DNA of 62,907 nt, filler included. It is 12 parts of 12 records of this genome, joined end to end, with 100 filler letters (N's around TTAATTAATTAA, not from the genome) between each part and the next. Parts side by side here need not be neighbours in the genome. Positions count along the whole stretch, not along the records: positions 54,458 to 62,907 come from SRR7504441_19377; 11 more parts are not named here. The stretch is one strand, 5' to 3'. This document shows positions 56,059-62,907 of this stretch, in pieces (position 1 is the stretch's first letter; each line of letters begins with the position of its first letter). Both the position numbers and the translations under genes were made by a program. The notes beneath the pieces are model-generated. The model had not been told where the DNA came from, did not search any database, and saw only the letters and a program-made list of their open reading frames with translations.

Positions 56059-57187
56059 ATGGCGGCGGTGGGTCGCTTCTTCCAGGACGCCACCCGGTCA
56101 ATCACCTTCAGCCTTTTCGTGCTGCTCATCATCCTGGTGGGCGCCGTCTCGACTGGCGCCCAGGCCTCGTGGCCGGAAGTCGACGGTACCCCCCCTCGCC
56201 TCCATCCCTGAGCCGGCGCCAGCGTTCCGGCTGTTGAATGGGCTGGTGCTCTGGTGTTTCGTGGGCGAGGCGTTTCTTCGGATGATGGCCTACTTCCCGT
56301 GGATCTGGGGCTACTGGACGGACGGCTGGAACCTGTTTGACACCGCCATCATCGCGGTCGGGGTTTACCAATTCTTCAGCGGCAGCGGCCACGGCGCCAC
56401 GATCGTTGGTCTCCGCAGTCTCCGGCTGCTCCGTCTGCTCAGTCGGCTCACGAGGATCGGATTGCCGCTGCGCGGGCAGCTTTCTCTGCTCGAGCTGGCT
56501 GCGGCCTCGATTCTGCACACGCTGCCATTGATGGCGGCGCTGATACTCGATGCTATAGTAGTGATCTACGTGTATGCTGTCTTGGGTGTTTTGCTCTTCC
56601 GCCAGAATGATCCAGTGAACTTTGGATCTCTCGGCCAGGGGCTGCTCACGCTCGTTAGAGTGAGTTGGCCGGGCAAAGTGGCCAGATCGAGCCAGCGGCA
56701 GGTGGCGACATCAGATGGCTGGCTGCAAGTACTAAGAGTGAACCAGTACGGCTGCGACAAGCAATACGCTTCACCTGATGCTGCGGAGTGCACCCACTCG
56801 GAGGCGTTCGGCGGGTTTGCAGTGCTATACTTTGTTAGCTTTATGCTGTTTGTTGGGATCTTCTGGCTCACGCTGCTAGCACTTGCCTGCTGCGCGATGG
56901 ACTCGATGGCCGCCGGTGATTAGGCCAGCCTGCCGAGCTCAGCCGCTGTATGTGCAGAGCGACTGGGCGAGAACCGAAAGGTCAAAGATGCGGAGGTGAC
57001 GCGTGATGCCGAGATGGACGACCCAGCACTTGTGCGGGGTGCTGAGCAGCACAAGGAATTGATGCTTGCACTGCGCGAGCTAGAGGACAAGGTGCCTGGG
57101 CGGGGGGTGCGAGAGGTAAAGGATCGGCAGGTGGAGCAACAAGCCAGGGACTTAACTGACATGAGATCGCAATTTGAGTATGAGTGA
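56059..57187 (+). CDS. Single-domain (6TM) voltage-gated cation channel
   Basis: FVGEAFLRM, DGWNLFD, S4 LRSLRLLRLLSRL, NDPVNFGSL, filter TSDGW, YFVSF; short coiled-coil tail. Confidence 0.88.
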
Positions 57188-57314
57188 ATAGCATTGCTAC
57201 AACTTGACATCGTGACATGTATCGCACAATGAGCTATTAAATTGAGCACTTGACTTATGATATTAAAATACTCAGACTTGTTGTCTTATGCTAGACTAGT
57301 CGCTACTATTGACT

Positions 57315-59893
57315 CTAGATCTGACTACTTGATGTTGCTAGTTTATGCAATAGCGGGCGAAATGCCTCTTGATAAGCTTGGTGCGTCTCTTGGACGGCCT
57401 GGAACAGCTTGACCTTAATTGCAGCAAGCCCATGCGGGTGGAGCTTCTGGTGCATCTTCACAAGCGTGCCCGCTGTGAGGCGTTCTGTGCTGACCACTTG
57501 CTCGGCCAGCCCGAGCGAGTCCGCGAAGTCAAACTGCTTGAGCCTGTACGCGAGTCCAATGAATGGTGTACCAGCGGCTGCGCTGCACCCCCAGAATCTG
57601 AATGCCACATCCAGCTGGGGTGATACCTGAGCACACAGCCGTGCAACCGGAAGCAGATAGATGACTCAGCCTGCTTCAGCATCCAGAGCAATACTGGGGC
57701 GTCCTTGACTTGCGGTATCCAACCCAGCCTGTGATCCAGCCGCACTCCAGTAGTTTCAGCAATCTTGAGTACTCGAGCAACCAATTGCTCGATGGCAGGG
57801 AGATCAGCCCCAGCCCACATCGGATAGATAACTATGGTATGCCTGTATCCTCCTCAGCAACTTGGGCCAGCAGCCGATAGATACCTCTTAGAGAGCGTGA
57901 CAAGCGCACCAGCCAGCGCTTCTGTCAGCGAGGCTGGGTCCTTGCCATAGATTTCACTGCTAGCGGCACCCCAACTAACCATCAGGAGTGGCCGCTGCCA
58001 ATCCAGCTTCAGACCGTTAAGCTGCTGCACACCCTCCCAGCCAGCATCGCCCGAGTGCCGCCCAAATAGCTCGTCAACACCATACAGCAGCCCCGGGTCC
58101 CTCAACATCTGCAGTTCCATCGACTGCGGAGCTGCAAGCTTAGCCACTCCAGCAGTGATTGGTCCCCGCCAGCCGCCAGCCTGCAGCTTGCTGAGCACAT
58201 TAAAGAACTTTAGATATTCTGGTGGGAGCACAGCTGACAGGTTGCCAGGCCACTGGCCCTCCCTCAGCTTTGCCACAAGCTCGAGGGCAATTGGGCGAAG
58301 CAAATCTTCGTAGCCCGTGCCGCAGGCAGCCAATGGCTTGCCGGCAGCAGCGGCGTGCGAGAGCTGGCATAGCTCAAGTGGCCGAAGCAGAGAGCCACCA
58401 CCCAGCATCACAAGGTCGTGTTCAGGAAAGTCGCCTGCACTTAGGGCTTGGCAGGTCTAGCCAGGGCTCGTACCCCGTTCATAGGTGGTGCAAAGCGGCT
58501 GGATGTTTTCAAATACCACTGCGAGTCCCTGCGAGTGCGCTGCCGCCGCTACTGCACGAGCACAGCCCTCATACACAAGCTCATCGCCGAGATTCTTGTA
58601 CCTGCCAGGCCAACTGAATCGCAGCCAGGTAGCCAGTCCACACCCGACATTGCCCACGTAGCCTACGCGGATAATTCGATCCCGCGGTGGACGTTTAGCT
58701 GGCAGCAGTGAGCCAGCCAGCTGCGCAACAAGTTGATCTTGTTGTTTACTGCCGGGTGTAACCAGCTCTGATTTGCACCCCTGCAGTTGCTCACAGCACC
58801 CTGGTCCGCCCCCGTGGCAAACAGTGGCCACTGGGACGCCCACAGCCGACAATACGTGTCCTAGACGATGCTCCACCCCCCCGTCGACAACTAACGCTGC
58901 ACCAGCCAACATGGCCACCAGAAGCCGCGGCTCCTGAGCTTTCCCGAGTGCAGCCACCCGTGACCCGGGCCAACCCGCGGCCATCAGCTGTTTGTACAGC
59001 TCGGCCACAGTTTCTCTGTCTTGGAACGGCCTGAGCGGGACTACTAGCAGGCTAAGCTCAGGCTCGAGCTGCTCTGCCAGCCCTTGCCTCCTCATCTCAC
59101 TCAGTTCAGCCACCAGCCCACTCAAACTCGCTACAGGGGTACCCCCGCCCAGCAGCACCACCACGAGCTTGCCAGGCGCCGGCAACAGCGCCAGCACCTG
59201 GGCGGCTGCCCGGTCCATAGGGAGACCAGCCCATCGCTCCAGCTCCGACTCTGCACGCAGCCCGGGCAGGCATCTGGGCAGTCCAGTGGCCTCCGCCAGC
59301 AACTGACTGGCTACACAGCCACTGGCCCGCTGCAGTCCGCTCAAATCCAGCTGGTCCAGCGCCGGGGGCGTCTCTGCCGGGCCGCGCAGCACCAGCACCG
59401 GCCGGTCGGCTCCAGCCGCCCGGGCCAGCTCGGCCAGCTGACAACGGTCGAGCGCGGCGCCCGGTCCGAGTATTGCGAAGTCAAACTGCTCCAAATGCCG
59501 CACAAATCCGCCGCACCGCGCCATCGACTGCAACAGCACCGCGGTCGCCCCGCGTGCCCCAAACCACCGGGCGACCGAGCGCGAGGCGGCCAGGTAGTGG
59601 AAATCCTCGTCCAGCCGGGTCATGTCGGTCCGGCCGTAATAGATCCCCACCAGCGCCCCGCCCGGCGCTGCCCCGCACACAAAGTCCAGCTGGGGCCGGC
59701 CGCGGCTCCAGGCCACTCCATCCAGCCGGCGCTCGCCGCAGCGGCCGAGCTTCGGCTGCACCGCCGACAGCAACGCCCGGGGGCCGGAGCCGGCCGGCGC
59801 GGGGATCCGGTGGCGGTGGGGTGGCTCAGACACCCGCAGCACCTGCCCGGCGCACAGCCAGGCCAATAGAGGCCACGCAAGCACGCCACGCAT
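57315..59893 (-). CDS. Polysaccharide pyruvyl transferase family protein with signal peptide, probably two domains
   Basis: C-half: RVGYVG..KNLGDE, MLGGGSLL, GTG, RGPIT, DPGLL, FRLHGCVL, LAYRLK. N-half is a degenerate parallel (ILGPGAAL, VLRGPAET). Confidence 0.75.
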
Positions 59894-59982
59894 GCTGCCT
59901 TGTTGGAGCCCCCGTCGGTCCGTTTTTTTTTTCGATTTGTTTTCGACAGCAGCACTGCTGCTCGCGGCCTCTGCTCGCTCAG

Positions 59983-62907
59983 ATGGAGGGGCTGGGGGTG
60001 CCAGCCCTCACCGAATCGGACCGGGCGGCCGCGCTGCTCCCGCTCGACCAGCTGGCCGACGCGATGACCGCCGCCGACGACCCTATGGCCGACCTGAACA
60101 AGCCGCGCGACCCGGCCGCGTTCAACCAAATCCTCAGGCAGATCCGGGGACAGGCGCGCTGCCCGCTGGTCTCCCCGCATGAGCCAGGCTGCCCAGGTGT
60201 GCCGCCGGCTCAACGACAGCAGCGGCGCTGCCGCCCGGTGCGTCCTTCGGCCTCCCCTCCCCCGCGAGCTGTCCGGCAGCCCGCGTGCCGCGTCGCCTGT
60301 ACCGCTGGCGCCAGACAAGAAGCCGGCGGCCTCGAAGAGTCGGGACGAGGAGCTCCGTGCGCTGGGTGGGTGCGCCGGAAGACTCGGCCGAGCTGGTCGG
60401 GCAGGCACCCAAGCCTCTCTGCGGACCCTAAAGTTGGTCGACAGCCCTCCTAAATCGCCCCCCGGCCGGGACGCAGTGCGAGGCCCGCAGGTGCAGCTGG
60501 CAGCCCTGGCTGGCGCCCACCCCGGGCAGGCGAGGCGGAGACCGGCGCCCAAGCCCGAGCCCAAGCCTCGGCCAGTGGCCCGGCGTGTACCGCCCAAATC
60601 GCAGCCGGCAGTCCGGCGAGCGCAGCCCAAGGCCCGAGCCAAGCCCCGGCCCAAGTCCAAGCCCAGAAAGCCGCCGACCCAGGATCGGCCCGAACCGCAG
60701 GAGGTGCAGAGTGGTGGCGTGGTGATGCACAGTCGAGCAGCGCGCTGAGCTGTGGGGCAGGACCACTTGATTGATAGCCTGCTCCCCCCAGGGACGGCTG
60801 TGCTGGTCGGCGCCGCCGTGGAACAGCCGATGCCGAGTCCCGTCGAAGGACTCCTAGGGTGAGTCGGCTCAGCCAGCCGGGCTGACAGGGTGGGGCCAGC
60901 GGGCGGTCACTGCCTGACGACTATCCAAGTGCGCCTTACGAGGTGCAGCGGGCACTGGCGCCACTGACCGGCCCGATCGCAGGATCTGTCGCAGATCGGC
61001 TCAGTCGACCCGATTTCAATTGCAGAGCTGGCCAGCCCCAGTCCACCTGTCAGGGCCCGCGACCCACTAGGTGTGTACACCCGACTGCTGACTGGTGTGA
61101 GGCCATGGATGCAGCGGGACTTGCAGAGCCTCCAGCCGAGTGCCCGTTGGAATTTCCGTTGGAGGAGAGTGTAGTGGGGGATGTTGGGCAGGCGGCGTTT
61201 GATAGGATCGACACGAACCACGACGGAGTGATTGACGCTCTAGAGTTTGAATCCGGCCTGCAGGTGCCAATTGCTGCGGTTAGTAGTAATCCGGGACTGA
61301 TGGCAGGCGGGTATCATCAATGTGAGCAGCATCACATATGGAGGAGCCATGGAGGAGGCTGGGCAGCAGCCTGGTGAGCCGGAGGGCACAGTGAGCCAGC
61401 GGCCGCCCGAGGCTGGACTGGCGCCGGGTGCGCTTCGGATCGACTTGAGTGAGACCACCTTGGAGAGCACAGCAGAGGCGCTCGATGAGGTCGCTGAGCA
61501 GCCTGAGGAGCAAGGGGACGAGCAGGAGAAATCTGGCAGTAACACCACAGGGGTGACCGGGCAAGCATGGCTTGCAGACATGCTGGCGCCCGGTGCGGCA
61601 GCGGCAGCAGACGAGCCTGCTAAGCCAGCCAGGAAAAGGATTCCGGACGAGGCCCGGCGCAAACCCAGATTACTCAGCTGCTCAGACAATAAGAAAAACC
61701 AGCGGCTTGGCGAGCAGCAGTTGAGCACCCTGGAGCAGAGGCAACTGGCCAAGTCGCAGAGGAAGAAGATCCCTGACGAGGCCCGGCGCGTCCCCAGACC
61801 CAAGAAACAAGCGCCAGCAGAGCCTGAGTTGCCTGTGCGAAAGCGGCGAACCATGAGCGGACAACAGGCTAGCCGGATCCGAAAATACATGAAAAAGCAG
61901 AAGCAACAGGTCGCAGCTCGTCAGCGGCAGGAGCAGGCAGTGCAGTCAGCGGCTGAGCATCGCCGACGGGCCAATTTGCTGAGGCTGGAGGAGGAGGTGA
62001 CTCAGCAGCGGGTCTTTGGGCCGGCGGTAGTGCCCTTGCAGCACAAGGAGAACCGCTGGATTGGACCTTTGGACGATGACGAGGAAGAGGATGCGTCAGA
62101 GGCTCAGCCGACCTTCGACCGCGATTGGACTGAGCTGTGCCGGCTGAAGAAGCCAGAGTCTAACCAGCTGAAACGGGGCAAGGCGTTGCTGAAAGCTGAG
62201 GGGCGGAAGGGCACGACACTGATGAGCTCCCGTGGGGAGGACGAGGATGGGCAGCATCGGGCTTCCCGGATCGACCAGATGAAGCAGACCACTGCGGCGA
62301 TTAAGCAGCGGATCAAGTCAATTCAGGCTGCCCACCATGAGGCTTCGGCATGGATCTGGCAACAACCTCTTGGGCCAGTGGAGCCATTAGGACTAGCACT
62401 TGATGACCGAAGCCGCCCAGTTGCAATTTCAGGGTTCAACACAGCTGAGCCCAGAAAAGATGACAGCTGGATGTATGATGCAGAGTTTGATCGGCTCGAT
62501 GTAAACAAGGATGGTGTGATCGATCGCAGAGAATTTGAAGAGCTTGACGCATCTAGGCTGCCACAGTCTCAGGCAACAGTGAGCTTGCCACCTGCAGCCC
62601 AAGCATTTGCCGAAAACACTACTGCTGATGCCGCCACTAGCCCGGACAATTCTTATAAAGATGGAACGATCGAGGAGATCAACCCGTCAATAGACGCTGC
62701 TACCAGTCCGCTTGCCCGCAGTTCTTTGCATCCTTGGCTGAGGGAAGCAGCGACCAGTCCCATGCCAAAGTACAATAATGCTACAAGCATTGCCACCAGC
62801 CCGATGCCGCTGCAAGGAACACAGGGAGATCTGGCAAAAGCTAAAGAGAAGGTTACAAAGGAGGACAAGGAAATTACGGAGAAGGAGGACAAGAAGGTCA
62901 AGAAGGA
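59983..62907 (+). CDS. Large low-complexity protein with isolated EF-hand loops (3'-truncated)
   Basis: DTNHDGVIDALEF (~61210) and DVNKDGVIDRREF (~62500); coding-like sequence continues to the window end. Confidence 0.65.

Overview
This is not one locus. Twelve short contigs are joined by eleven artificial 100-nt linkers (N-run + TTAATTAATTAA + N-run), so adjacency is meaningful only within a contig. The DNA is nuclear genome of a GC-rich, very gene-dense, flagellated microbial eukaryote (IFT46 is present); its lineage cannot be assigned from this window. About 40 protein-coding genes or fragments can be reconstructed by hand with the standard genetic code. Most are split by tiny spliceosomal introns (mostly 35-47 nt), many with GC donors, which is why the ORF track is fragmented. 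Genes mostly alternate in orientation, with only 41-176 nt between divergent start codons. The most striking signals are: (1) a YAACGG/CCGTTR MYB-core hexamer in most 5' intergenic regions, a candidate general bidirectional promoter element; (2) the tiny-intron, GC-donor splicing system; (3) a spliced cysteine desulfurase-TtcA fusion with a C-terminal membrane anchor; (4) a putative ubiquitin-like x2 + ferritin-like fusion visible only after removing a 43-nt intron; (5) a minimised actin-fold protein, a STRA6-like membrane protein, a REC-GAF protein, a U-box-vWA-Hint (Vint) protein and a single-domain voltage-gated channel. No rRNA, tRNA, CRISPR array or transposase was recognised. All gene models and family calls are manual and motif-based; no database search was run.
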